A stretch of DNA of 64,000 nt from Fimicolochytrium jonesii (taxonomy: Eukaryota), in the NCBI RefSeq assembly GCF_025526975.1, contig NW_026515669.1, positions 868,001-932,000 of the forward strand, read 5' to 3'. How positions within the stretch are numbered: the stretch's first letter is position 1; every line of letters begins with the position of its first letter. Positions 46,901 through 59,900 of the stretch are shown here, in pieces. A program made the translations under genes and the position numbers. The notes beneath the pieces were generated by a model. It was not told where the DNA came from and did no database searches. It saw nothing but the letters and a program-made list of their open reading frames with translations.

Positions 46901-49900
46901 ACTCATGTTGGGTAAGCACCGGATGATGAGCAATCGCTCACGCAGGAAATTACAGGTGCTACGTCCACCCTAGCGGTCGGGGTCAATCTGCCGGCGCACG
47001 TAGTCATCATCAAAGGCACTATGCAGTATGTCAATAACAATTATGTCAAGTACTCCGAGCTGGATCTTTTGCAGATGTTGGGACGTGCTGGACGGCCACA
47101 GGTACGGGAAGCTCAATTGGCACATATGATTCCCTGCTGACACTGCGTAGTTTGATGATAGCGGGGTTGCTGTCATCATGACGATGAACAACGAAGTGCC
47201 GACGTACCAGGCGATGGTGACAGGGAAACAAGTCATTGAAAGCAGGTTAGCAGTGTCTGAGAATGAGAGTGGATGATTTTGCATTGACAACACCGTTTTC
47301 AGCTTGCACGAGAATCTTATCGAGCATCTCAACTCGGAAGTGGTACTCAATGCGATCAAAAGCGTTCAGTCTGCCAAAGAATGGTCAGTGACAACCGTGG
47401 CTTTCTTGTCCGTCCCTTTTCGATCTAACATCATCGAACAGGCTTCAATCATCTTTCCTATACGGTATGAGTCGCAATATGTGCATGAACTTCACCGCAT
47501 CTTTGATCGCCTTTGTGAACAGTGCGAATGCGAAAGAATCCTGCCTACTACAAGTTGAAGAACTGCTCCAACGTCGAGGGGAAACTCTCAGCGGAGAAAC
47601 GTCTAGAATGTGGGTATGAAACCTGCTCACTTATGTTAATCGCAACTAAAACGTTCCGTATAGCCATATGCCTCAGAGACATCGAGCTGTTGGACAAGCA
47701 CTCCCTGATCACCTTATCCAGATCGACCCAGCATCTACAGACAACAGGTGCCGTGCACATGATCCCAGATTTCAATATGTTTGGTACCTTAACAATATCG
47801 CTTTCCAGAATACGGCCAGGCTATGGCAAAGTACTACATCAAGTACCAGACAGCAGTTACAATTCTCAGCATGAAAGAAAAGGGGACGTTGAAGGATGCA
47901 GTAAGTCTATGTGATGCACATTCAATGAGATGTCGACTCCGTCGCTTATAAGGGTTCATCACAAGCTGGAAACACTATGCAAGGCAGAAGAGTTCAGCGA
48001 CATACGCTTCCGCGGTGATAAAGCGATTTTCAACGCAGTCAACAAGAATCCCGCGATAAGGTACGGTTTCATTGCAAACTTTCAGTTAATCGGTGCTAAA
48101 CTACATCACCTGTGGGCTACAGGTTTCCAGTCAAAGGCAAGGTTACCACCGGAGACCAGAAAGTCAATCTCTTGATACAGGTATGCTCATGTCGCTTCTT
48201 CCCTGACCGTCGTCAAGAACCTCACTAAACCAGTAAGGTCTGCAGTGCAGATTGGCATGCATATCGTTGAGCGACCAGAAAACGTCACATACGCTGAACA
48301 TGGAACAAGCTGCAATCATAAGTGGGGGAAGCAGAATTGCTCGATGTATGTGACATTGCAGTTTTTTCGGCAATACATGTGCTCATCTCAGTTCTTTAAC
48401 AGTTATGGTTGATGTCTTCAAGGCCAAAGGGGACGTAGTCTCGCTACGAAGCGCCACGGATCTGTAGGTCGCTCACAGTCTAATCCTAATACCGACTCCA
48501 TTCTCATCTTGCCCATCCAGATCCCGGTGCTTGGCGGCAAAAACATGGGAGAATTCTCCCCTGCTTTTACAGCAGATCGAGTCGGTTGGACCGGCAATCG
48601 CTAGAATGCTTTCAACCGCAGGCATATCCTCATTTGGGCAGTTGGAGAAGACAGATCCCCGACAGATTGAATATGTAAGGAGTTGGCCGAGTTCTCAGAC
48701 TGATCGCACGTCTCATGCTCTCATCTTCCAGGTGTCGAGTCGGAACCCACCTTTTGGCAACAAGGTACCTGGTTACGACCTTCCCTGAAGTCACTGGGAT
48801 TGCTTAATTCATCGAACCGTTCGCTAGATCCTTGAAGCGGCCCGGGCCTTACCGAAGCTAAAATTGGAAATCACACAGGTAAGGCTTCCAGTATTCCATG
48901 TGCATTTTGAGATTGTCTCATTGCAATCAACCGGGAGTAGTTCAAAGACATGTCGCGGCCCACCGAGATTGAGCTGTACGTGAACGTCAGTCTTCTCAAC
49001 GCAGAAGTGGTAAAGGTCTACGGAAAGAAGGGACCACTGCAAGTCGCCTTCCTCGCCGCGACGTCCGACGGCAATTTGATAGACCATCGTCGACTCTCGT
49101 AAGTAGTGCATCTACTTGCATCGCTGCATTCGATATGCTCTCTCATCAGCGAACAACAGATTGAAGAAAGTGAAAGACGGGGAGTCTTTCCGAGTTCGGG
49201 TGCAACTGGATAATGCTAGACAGCGGATTTCGTGCTCTTTGTTGCCTGAAGACTATGGTTGATACATGAATATCCTGAGTATATCGGCGTGATTGCTGAT
49301 GGTACCTTCCAGTCGGTTTAGATGTGAACAAGGAGATCGTTCCTGACGTGAAAGAGGTGCACTTTCGTAATCTCCGACTGGCGAAATCGAGCGCGGACAG
49401 ATTTCCACCTCGAGGGAGAGGTCAAGAGAAGGTGGGTTTCTTCATTTGTGCTGTCATCACCGTGTACTCGCCCTAACTGGAGCGGTCATTCGTTCTTCCC
49501 AACTTCAGCGCAAACTGCCGGAGTCGAGCAGCTTCCTGACTGACGAAGATGACTTCGGAGATGATTTTGACTTGGACCAGTCCGGCATCTATGAGCTCAT
49601 GGACAATGCGGCCTCGACCTCGACTGATGTCACTCCCACGTGTGCTCCCGGACTGCAGAAGAAAGTTGCCGGTGCCGTTCCTCGTCCTCTGGATTTTCCG
49701 GATAGTGAGGGTAACCAGATGCCAAAGCGTTCACAGATGAGATTGACGGTGCTCAACGTTCGTGGCGTATAGATGAGGACGAGGACAGCATTCCGCCACT
49801 TGCCCCCTTGTTCCCTTTCGCCGATGAGGTTCTGTCAAGCCACAAAATAAAAAAGACCGCCCCGGACAAGAAGCCGTTCACCAAGGATAGCGGCAGCAGT

Positions 49901-51539
49901 ACGAACCTAGCTCCAGGAAATGTTACTTGTGGTCACAAGTGCAAAGATAAGAGCAGGTACTCATTTGTATCTCCTACGCGTTTGCCAGGCACTGTTAGCA
50001 GAGACCAATTTTTCATTCATCTAGTTGCGCGCATGAATGCTGCAAGATCGGTGTGTCGGCCAAAATAGCCAGGAGGCGGAAGGAACCTTCGATGCCATTG
50101 TCGAAGCATGCTCTCACATCCCAAAGGACCTCAGATGAAAGGATTTCGAGCTTGGACGGGGATGATGGACTGATATTGCCTTCTGAGAAGTCATACCAGA
50201 GGGCTGGCGCTCTTTCAGCTGCTCACAACGGTAACGTCTCACCCCAGTCTTGAGCACCGTTTCGCCAAGCTCGAACTTACATGTGTTTTAGGAAGCACAC
50301 AAGACCGCAGTGGAGATGCGCAAATCTCCTCTCGGCGCAGCTTTGCGGTATCAGATGATGAAAGTCAAGGAGAGGACGACCCCAATGAGAATGATCCATA
50401 CAATTTTGCGAACGTCGACAAAGCGCCAAAAAGGAAACGTGTTGCCCAATTTCTCGATTTGGAATCAGGAGGGGACGCCGACGCTCATGCATCTGACTAC
50501 GATGCTGAGTACGAGGGCGAGTTCGACGGCTGGCTGGTTGATGATGACGAAGACGTCAATGAGGATGTCGTTGGCGGCGTCGGGACTCACGATAGTTCAG
50601 AAGACATTTTCCTGCGCGAGGAGCGCGACCTGATGAATTTGCACTGCGAAGATATGGGACAAGGGGCTAAACGCCGCCGCGTCTGTGGTGATGAGGACGA
50701 TGGACAAGGTACGAGGTAGATCAATTCCGGCAGTTTGCTACGTTGAACACTTGCTGATCCGTGGAACGGCTTTACCAGAAGTAACATCCAGTAAGTAGGT
50801 TGATGGCAGGACAGCATTTGGCGTGTTCACTATATTTCTTTTTTTCAGCAAACTTTGGGTTAAGCACATCGCAGTCACAATCAATGGTGACCTTCGACGA
50901 GAGCCAGTATGAAGAGGTGAGTTCTGTTATTCGCCAATGCCACATCGTAGTCGATTTGATCAATGAAAGGGGCCAGCCCGACATCCTTTTGCAGCGATCT
51001 AGCATGGCGCTCACAACAGGCCGTTCGGACCAGGGCAACCGTGATCAGGGCCGTCGGGTTGTTCAGTTTTCGGACATGGGCGCGAATAAGCTCAAAGCCG
51101 CTTCTGATGTGAAACCTGGTTCCGCAGCACAAAAAAATGCAGAAACGCAGGGTGGGAACCGTACTGTAAGTGACTGTAATCCCTGCCTTTTGATCAAATC
51201 CCGACACCTGAACTCTCTTCTCGACTAGCACCAGACGGACGACATGTTGCAAGTTCGCGCATCCTTAAGTCAATGGATCAGTGGACTACGGGCTGAGGAC
51301 CATACAAAGCCGGATCGGCCGGTGCCACCGGAGGAAACGACGATAACAAGCCCGCAAGGAGCGACGGCGGGACATGAGACCAACCCCGATGGGGCCAAAA
51401 CCGGGTACGTAGACATTCGGAGAAGCCGGTTTTCGTGGACTTCATCCCTAACGGTACATGCTACATGCATCTAAAAAGGCCTGAAGCTACCATGACGCAG
51501 CAATTCAGTGTTCGTGACATTTTTGCAGACTTGTTTTGA
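43993..51539 (+). CDS. MER3: Meiotic Ski2-like DNA helicase Mer3/HFM1; start codon uncertain
   Basis: About 30 or more short exons give FPYFNAVQSEC, APTGSGKT, YMAPTKALCSER, VTTPEKWDSMTRKW, IDECH, RGATLEVVVSRMK, SATVPN, GFHHGGL, TSTLAVGVNLPAH, QMLGRAGRPQFD, a Sec63 region and the CGHKCKDK..CAHECCK finger. Confidence 0.95.
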
Positions 51540-52074
51540 TGGGGACCTATTATTCTGACGGTCAGGCGTACGTCTTGTTTATGAAACCTATCTACCTTCT
51601 CTTCATCATGACATGGCAAACAGTAAAGAACTTCGGTGCCCCCCGATTGGATTCCATGTTGTGTTTTATTCTTCTTTGAGTCAAGGCGAAGGAAGACATC
51701 CCTGTGCCACAACCGAACGATCGTCAGCCCTTATCTTTTTCGCGGCCCGCTGATCAGGGATTGTGGCTTCAAATTCACCGTATGAATGCAAGAAGCTTGA
51801 GGCTGAATTTAAAGTGCAGACGCAATCAATCACCCTGTTGAAGGTGGCAGACAATAGGCGCGCAACCAAACCAGAAGTCAGCTTCAACCCCGGAAGAGGT
51901 GTCATCAGGGCAGAAGGATTACCGTATTTTTGGCGGGCAATAAATCGCAACCGACTTACCTTCAGGCAATGTACATGTGACATGCGAATAAAGGCGAAGG
52001 AGATTAGGCGAGCAAACAACGCTTAGCAGATGTCCGAAGGACACTGATGAGCTGGGCTTTACTGAGGTCCTTGC

Positions 52075-52081
52075 ATATAAA
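52075..52081 (+). promoter_or_regulatory. TATA-like element ahead of a long ATG-free leader
   Basis: ATATAAA followed by ~1.08 kb with no + strand ATG (52089-53166). Confidence 0.5.
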
Positions 52082-53166
52082 TGCCATGCGTGTCCTGGAG
52101 CCCTCCGTTTTCCGCAACGTTTCCTTGCGGTCTCGATTTACAGGCACTTGATCAACACAACCTTACTTCTCATCCCAGCCTCCACCCTACAACCCTGACA
52201 CACCAGTATTGAACACACTCATCGTACCCACCCCTGCTTACTGGACCACCTGCTCTTCTGCGTCTACTTAGTTGGTCAACCATCGCCCGACGCATTCGTT
52301 GAGGCTGCCTCGTACATCATTTGGACCTTTGAAAGGAATAGGAACACGGTACACCATTTTGTGTATTTCTTCCGGCCAACATCATCAACATTTCCATATT
52401 CCAAGTGTTGACAGCAAACCGAACGCGGTGTCAATTTTTTCGCCACCTCGTCACTTGACGCCAGCCCCCGGCACAAGCGCACGTCATCTTTGCGTGTTAA
52501 GTTGCAAGCAAGCCCTGCGTTCCGCCGCATTTGGCGCCACCGTTGCCCCGTTAGCAGTCCTGCCATAACGCAGTAGATCTTCGCCATACCTCAAGCCTCA
52601 GGGCAGATATCTTAGCAACCTCCTTGAACCCGTATCTACCATCAAGTTGCAATTGATACCGCCCATACTGCATTAGCCACACCCTGTACGGACCAGTGAC
52701 CGCCGAGCAGCACGTCCAAGTAGAACTCAGTGATCCCGACCCGACTCCCTGCCTGCGATCGCCCCCCACGTCCGGAATACCCGCCCAACCAACAACAACA
52801 GGAGGACCGCCGCAATTGACAGGACGATTTGGTCACGCCGTTTCCCCTTTGGTACGCAGTTCGCTGTCACCCGAGGCCTACATATTTACAGTACTTATTG
52901 GCTCTCATCAAGCACCCCCGCCCCCTCCCCCCCCCCCCCACCTCCACAACAAAATTCCCACCAGCAAAGGAAGGCTGCACTAAAAATCCCTTCCTTACGC
53001 CAATAACCATACCCGCACCCAGGCACAGTACAGCGCAATCGTACAGACCCCTACCATTCAAGGACGACTCGCCGTTCGCATTTCTACGCCGTATACTCTC
53101 ATAAAGCTTCGGCCGGCAGCGGTACAAGCAACGCAAAAGATACCAATTACTTTTTGAATCGATATC

Positions 53167-53505
53167 ATGTCGTCTTCTTACAAGTTCCAACCGGAGGAGC
53201 CCACCGCCAAAAGCAACAGTGGCCTCTCCATTGCCACCTCCTCCCCTATTGACATAAACACTAGCAACTCAGGAAGCGGCGCACTGGCCACTGCCGAGCC
53301 TCACTCGCTGACCGAAAGCCCACCCTCCACTCCTCTCTCGGCTACCGCTCCCGCTGGCGACGAAGGTGAACATCGCACCCGCCGTCGCCGTGGCTCCATG
53401 CAGTACCCTTTCACGGCCGATATGCCCGAGGACGACGACCTCCTCTCCTCCTCTCCTCCCACCAGGAACAGGACCATGAGCATGTACGCGGTTCATGTTG
53501 TATGA
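53167..53505 (+). CDS. Small Ser/Pro-rich disordered protein (112 aa) with basophilic kinase motifs
   Basis: First ATG after the ATG-free leader; C-ending codon bias; RRRRGS and RNRTMS motifs; T-rich 3' flank. Confidence 0.65.
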   Translation: MSSSYKFQPEEPTAKSNSGLSIATSSPIDINTSNSGSGALATAEPHSLTESPPSTPLSATAPAGDEGEHRTRRRRGSMQYPFTADMPEDDDLLSSSPPTRNRTMSMYAVHVV

Positions 53506-53976
53506 ACACGGCTGCATGACGGCGATTCCCGGGGAGCAAAATCTAGATACGCTACTTTCGATGGGAAGGTGTTCGCTTCGGATAGTAGCCCCAAGGGGTC
53601 GACGCGTCTTTGGTCGAGATTAGATGTCTTCCATTTCACCCGGCCTCATTTGCTATTCCATTCTGCATTTGCATGTGTCAGATCGAAGTTCTTCCCTCAA
53701 GTTTTTTTTGGTGCTCGAGTCGGATTCATTGTAGCCATCCCGCTCTTTTTGTGATCTTTTGGTTACCTGTGGCCTTGATTTGCTTCAATTTCAATTTTTT
53801 TGGAATGAGGCTGTGCTCTCCTTTTTTCGTCCTCCAATTTTGCTGTATATATTGTTTTCCAATGAGAAGTGCTTTTGAACGGAACAACATCGCGATTGGT
53901 CAAATGTCGTGATATCCTTCCATTTTTATGTAGATCAAATATGTACAGTCTGTCTTAAAGTCGTTGAAGAGACCAG

Positions 53977-56900
53977 TCAGCGACTCGCTTCGCCTGTTGT
54001 TGGAAGAGGAGCCACGAGCTTCAGAATCCACACCCTGTTCTCCGTCGCCGGCAGGGGGGGCGAAGCTGGATCGGCAATCTTCAAGCCACCGTTCAGAGTG
54101 ATTTTGTAGCAACTTTCCAGCGCAATAGGTTGTGAAAACGGTGGATCAGGAGTGTAATCACGTTTCTCAGATATCGCATCCGTCGCTGAAGCGACTGGGG
54201 GCGCTAGTGTCGCTTCCTGCTTCTTCTTGCCTTTCTTCGAGGTATCACCCAAAGGTGCAGCCGCCGCACCACCCGTCGCGGGAGGAACCGGTGAACCCGC
54301 CGCATGTATCGCAGCGCTGCCCTTCCGAAGAGCCTGGTTGGTGTTAAGTTCACGTGAGGCATCCCTAGTTAGCCCTCTGGGTATGACCTTTTCAACTCGA
54401 ACGCGCACCGCACGTGTAGCGCCAGACTCCACAGTGCCTTCCGTAACGTCGAGCTTGAGGACGTACTGATCAGTCCCTGGTTGAACTGGTGGGGTCTCGA
54501 TTGGTTCGATCTCGTGGTATATTCCGAGCTGGGAGATGTAATCGAGCGTCTCTTCATGTTTGTCGATGACAAAGTCCGCCGGTACGGAGGGCGAAGCCGC
54601 TGCGTTTCCGCCTCGTTTGGATTTTGCTCCCCTCCCTCCTTTCTCCTTCTCTTTGTCCTTCTCTTTGCCAGCTGATTTACCACCTGCGGCAGCTTCGCCG
54701 TCAGCTCCTTCTGCGGTGTTTGGCGTTGCTGATGGCGGCTTCATGTTCACGATGTTGATCTCACGAGGCTCAAGAACCCATCCGCTCTCCACCCGTTGCC
54801 ATTTGCAGGTAACAACACCATATCTCGTCCATTCGTGTTGAACAGGACGCAAATCGTCCAACTCCTGCTTCAGTTTGAAGATCCCACCAGTCTCATCGCC
54901 GCCTCCCATATCGCCTTCCGATCCAAACTGTTCTCCGCTGGCATAAGCGTCCTGCCCGCTGGATTCCCCTTCTCGGGACCGCAGGTTTCGTGACAGATTT
55001 GGTGATGGTGGTGGGACGGTGAGGCCAGAGCGTGCATATTCGTCTTCTTCATCCTCAACGTCAGATTCGGAGGATCGTTCTGCCTCCCCATCAGGATCGT
55101 CCCTAACGGTGCTCAGGCTGGCACGAGCGGTAGTCCTGCCGTCGCCAATTTCAAATTCACGAACAGTTTCTGCAAAGACCAATGGTGGGATGTCCCATTC
55201 CACATCTTTCAATTCGGCGGGTTGAACGTCGTAGCCTACAACCGCGGTCGTGGTGTCCCAGCATCGACCGACCATACGAATCGTATGCAGTGTCTTTGTG
55301 CCATCACCAACATCCGCAGTGCCGTCGACGAGGCCAGGGCATACAACACGGATTCTTGATGAATAATGATCGCTCTCGAATCTCGGCGCAAATTGGATTG
55401 GAATTTCGTGACTGGCGCCCGGCTCAAGATTCGACACGGACGGTGTGGTGGTCGTGAAAGCAAGATAATGCAGTTGTGGCAATTCTTTCTCCGCTGGCGG
55501 CACCTCATCTATGGCCGAAACAGGAATGGCCTCGCTCTTCTTCTTGCTGCCCTTTTCCTTACCACCTTTGGCTGGACGGGCTGGTTCCAGAGCAACGGCT
55601 TCCGGGGCCGTCGGTGGTAGTTTGATCTCTACTGGAGCCATCTCTTCCGCGGCTGCCAGAGCCAGTGCATCTTGCAACTCAGCCTCGTCGGGATCGATAG
55701 CGATTTGGAATGAGACTGGTACCGTTCCAGCGTTCCGGATTTTCAGCATTTGCGTCGCTTGATCGCCGAGACATAAGTCTGCAAATCGAATCAACGGCTC
55801 CGAATCGAGCGCTTTCGGAGACGAGGTTTCCGTGGTCAACTCGGTTGGAGAATCGGTAGGTAGATCTACCCATGCCAATCGTGGCACAACACATTCGCCA
55901 CGCACATACACATGCACCCTGGTGGTGGGAGAGCTTAGTTCCCACCTGGTCAAAGACACTTGTCCTTCGGTCATGGGTATGTATGCAATCTCGACTTTTC
56001 CGGCAGTCCCGGCAGGAATGTGCGTGACTTCCTGTAAGGGTTCGAAAACGGAAGCGGAACGACTGATGGACCTATCATCACTGCCGGTGATGATTGATGC
56101 TGCCCAGTTTGCGCAAGGCTTCAGCTTGATATCGATTCCCGATCCTCCGATATGCAGGTTTTTCAAGGGGATGGACAGAACCTGAAGCACTCCGCGTGGA
56201 ACCTGGCCAAAGTCCAGGAAGCCTGGCGGAGCCTCAAAGACACCTATGTCAGGAGCTTGGCCATCCAGCATGATAGAGGGTGTCATACGGACTGTCGCAT
56301 CTGACGAAATTGGCAAAGGCGGCAGTTGATGCGTGAAATCTGGACTGACGACTTGACATGTCACTTCAAGCCAGATGGTCGTTTCTACAGTTTGTACATC
56401 TGGTACTGAGTCGCTGCTAGCTTGGTTGTCTGCTTTTGGATGAGCGACCCTTCGTCTTCGCGAAATGTGACACGGTATGGAAAGTTGCACCAAATGCGAC
56501 TCCATCGGCGCCTCAGACACCGGGGTACCACTGATGCTCGCCGTCATAACAGCGCTGGACTCCTCCGCGGTGGAGTCTGCAGCTGGGTGCGAGCCTCGTC
56601 GATTCCCACCATTGCTATGAGGTTGTGACGGTGGCGCTAGCAGCGTGATTGCGTCCGTCGAGCTGCCCTTCCTCGAAAGCCGCTCCTTTGCACGAGGCTT
56701 CCCATGATATGGTGGCGATGTTGGTGGACGTAAGCCTCCCTCCTGCGGTGAAGTCGCTCGATGACTTGCTTCCTCTTCCGTCTGCATGATGGTCAGACTC
56801 TTCCTTGCGCCAGCCCTGCTAGGCCGCCTACTACCATTTGTCGGCGACCGGGCTGTCGGCTGGTTGGCGGCGACCGCAGTCCTGATGAGGGGATGGACAG

Positions 56901-59900
56901 CGATTCGAAAATCGGTCCGTCCTTGACGCAGTTGTCCTTCGCTCGGTTCGATTTGGATCAAGCAACGTTCATCTATGATACTATCGATGGGTTGCAGTGC
57001 CTTGTGCTCTCCAAATCGGTAGGTTACTAGATCCTCGCCATCTCCGTTGTTCGGACTTTGGGTGTCGGATCCTTCACTCTCGGTCGGAATCTCGTTCAAT
57101 CTCAATGCCCCGCCTTTAGCCCGTCGCTTGGCAGCCTCCTTTTTCGCTCTTAAAAGGCCTAGCCGCCTCATTTCGGTCAAAGTAAGCTCGCGAAAGAGTG
57201 CGGCCTTCACGGAGCTTGAGCTGCCGAACGCTATAGGTGCGAATTCCACATGGCCGCCCGCGACGGTGTTGTCCTGATCGCTTGTACATTCCTCTGCGAA
57301 GCGGATGACGGGTCTGGTAGCTCTGGCCATGCATGATACTCGAATGCGCGTCTCGTCTTCGTCTTTCCTGTTTCTGCGCCAGGGATGTCCAGCGGTCTCT
57401 TGATTGGATGTGTCGCTTTCAAGCTTTGCGGCATCATCGTCTTTTGTGCTCAGACTTTTGGCGCCATTTGTAATGAAGTCTGCCCAGAAACGTAATTCGC
57501 TCTTTGCGTCGACGCTGTTCCGTATTGCAGATGGTCGGAATGTCAGGCGCACTTCGATGATCTCTGCTGGCTGCAGTTTGAAACTATGCCCTTCCGACAA
57601 CGTCGAATGCGAATGCCAACGTGGCACCGTCCCTTCGGCTTGGTGCTCCGCCGAGCCACCATCGTGCTGCCTAACAAGCTCTACGGTCATCATTTCAGGA
57701 TGCGATGGCACCACTTTGAAATCCCGTTCGAACCAGGAGGAATTGCACACTGCCACTGTCCGGACGGCACCGTTTGTATCGAACACCGAACATGCTCCAA
57801 AATCGAGTTTCCGCGGCTCGACCACCATGTCCCCGCTTGTGGCGGTGCCTCGTATGTGCGTTCGCACCATGTATTCGATTCCTTCGAAATCATATTTCAA
57901 GGTTACAGGTATGTTGAACGGGCGCGGTGCGCAACTCAGAGCGGCGAATGCTGATTGCTTTTCCTGGAATGTAGCGGCAGTGCTCAAACGTTGCTTGTCG
58001 GCGGCTGAGAGTGTGGCTAGAGCCTCAGGAATCGGCGTTACTCGCATCCTCAGCCAAAACTTCTGACTGCAGGGCTGTAGGAAAGCAACGTCTGGCATGA
58101 TATCAACGCGGAGCAACCCGTCTGCGGTCACCCATGTGCGTACGTCACGACCTTCCACCGTCCCCGCCGGCTGTGGTTTGTTGCTCTTTTCATGCAGACT
58201 GGCGCCTTCCATCACATGAACTCGTACTCCAACGCGCCCATGGTTTCGTAACTCGAGCCCTGATCGTGTGCTGTGCCCAGCAACGCACGTACCGACGTCG
58301 AGTACTGCGGGATTGGCCTCCACAGGTGGGGCGATAATGGATGCGGTAAGCGAGAATGTCTGGTCAGGAAGCTCCGACAGGATGCTACCGAGTTCTTGTG
58401 TCATGGTGGTATTCACGCTGTCTGATGTACCAACGGCGCTCCGTTTTAGCGGCGTGAAAGACGCAATGAAGGTGGTAATGTAATTCCCTGGCTTCGCCGA
58501 CAGAGGCGGCGTCAGAGTGACCTGCGCCCATCCAGACGCATATCCCGGCACAACAAGACTTTCAGGCGCGATGCTGAATAGCTCATCGCCCACAGAAGGC
58601 TCGTCTTCGTATTCAGGGTCGTGGCTACCCGCATCGCCGCGACTATCTTCTTCCGCCGCGATCACAGAGCGCACTAGCCGCTTGCAGCTAACGTGCTGGA
58701 ATTCCACCAGCGCGTCCACGATCCCTTCATTCTGAATCTCGATGCGTGCTGTCGCAGTGGATCCAACCAAGCATTGCTTGTTGAATGTCCCCGGTGCAAC
58801 AACAATCTTTGGCGCACACTTTCCTCGACGAACGAAGACAGGTATGCAAAACCGGTTGCCAATCTCAGCTTCAAACCAAATCTTCCCGCTCACTTCTCCA
58901 TAAGACGCATCATTGCTTGGGGAAGATCCATTCAAGCTGTCTGCAGTTCGCGCGCGTACGATGCGCAAACGATGTGGGTCGAATCGTACCACAAGTCCTA
59001 CGGTCCTTCCGGGAGAGAGGCGTCCGGGTAGTGTTACTGGACCTGTCTCCGCAGTTGCCCAATTCACTGAGATACCCTGATCAATCAGCTCATCATCGAG
59101 AGGCAGAAGCTTGAGGGCGTTCCTCATTGTACACGTGTTTGTCAACGCGATGTGCACTTTACGCAAACCTGCATCATTTCCGCTGACAGAATCGTCCGTT
59201 AGCGGCTGACAATCGTAGTCTTTGAATTCAGCAATTGCCGGTACCGGCGTGAACGGTAGTTTGGGCGTAAGGCCCGGGGCGGCCTTCTTTTTCTTGACAT
59301 GGTTCGGTGGTGGAAGACGACGATGAGATGCACGCAATTCTTTTCCTTCGGCTGCTGAAGGTAGCTGATGAAGCTCGTCGCCTGTTTTGTTGGAGTCAAG
59401 ACCGACAGAAGGAGCATTGGCATCGATGAAGCCTGGTGAAGTTGCCTTTGTGGTTGGAAGCGCCGGGAGTGGTGGTTCGATTTGCGGTGTGCCAAGAGAG
59501 CCCGTCCATGGCACTCCGTCGATCTCCGTCACTCGCTCTGACTTGATCCAGTCAACATTCTTCCCTGCGCTCTTATGGCGTCTCGATCGCCTTTCCCTCT
59601 GACTGCCTGGAGGATCGGCAGAGCTCCGTTTCTCCAGGATGACTGCCATCGCCATCACCACATGCACAACCCACGCCTCCTTGTCGCCCGCATTGACATT
59701 TACAGCCCCTGGCGACAATGCATCTGCGTCCGCTAGACCTCCACAGGCATACCAGCGAGATTCCAAAGCTGCGTTTCTACGCCGCAACGCACGCTCCTCG
59801 GATTCTCGTCTCCTGCGGCGGTTTTCATCATCCACTACTTTGCCAAGAATAGATGCTGCCCGGGCATCTCTCTCCTGGTTCCGACGGAAGAGCTCCCGTT

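Noticed and set aside
52031..52070. Hairpin TGTCC-GAA-GGACA followed by CTGATGA (hammerhead or box C/D-like)
   Set aside because: No stem II plus GAAA and no UH cleavage triplet; no convincing terminal D box with a closing stem
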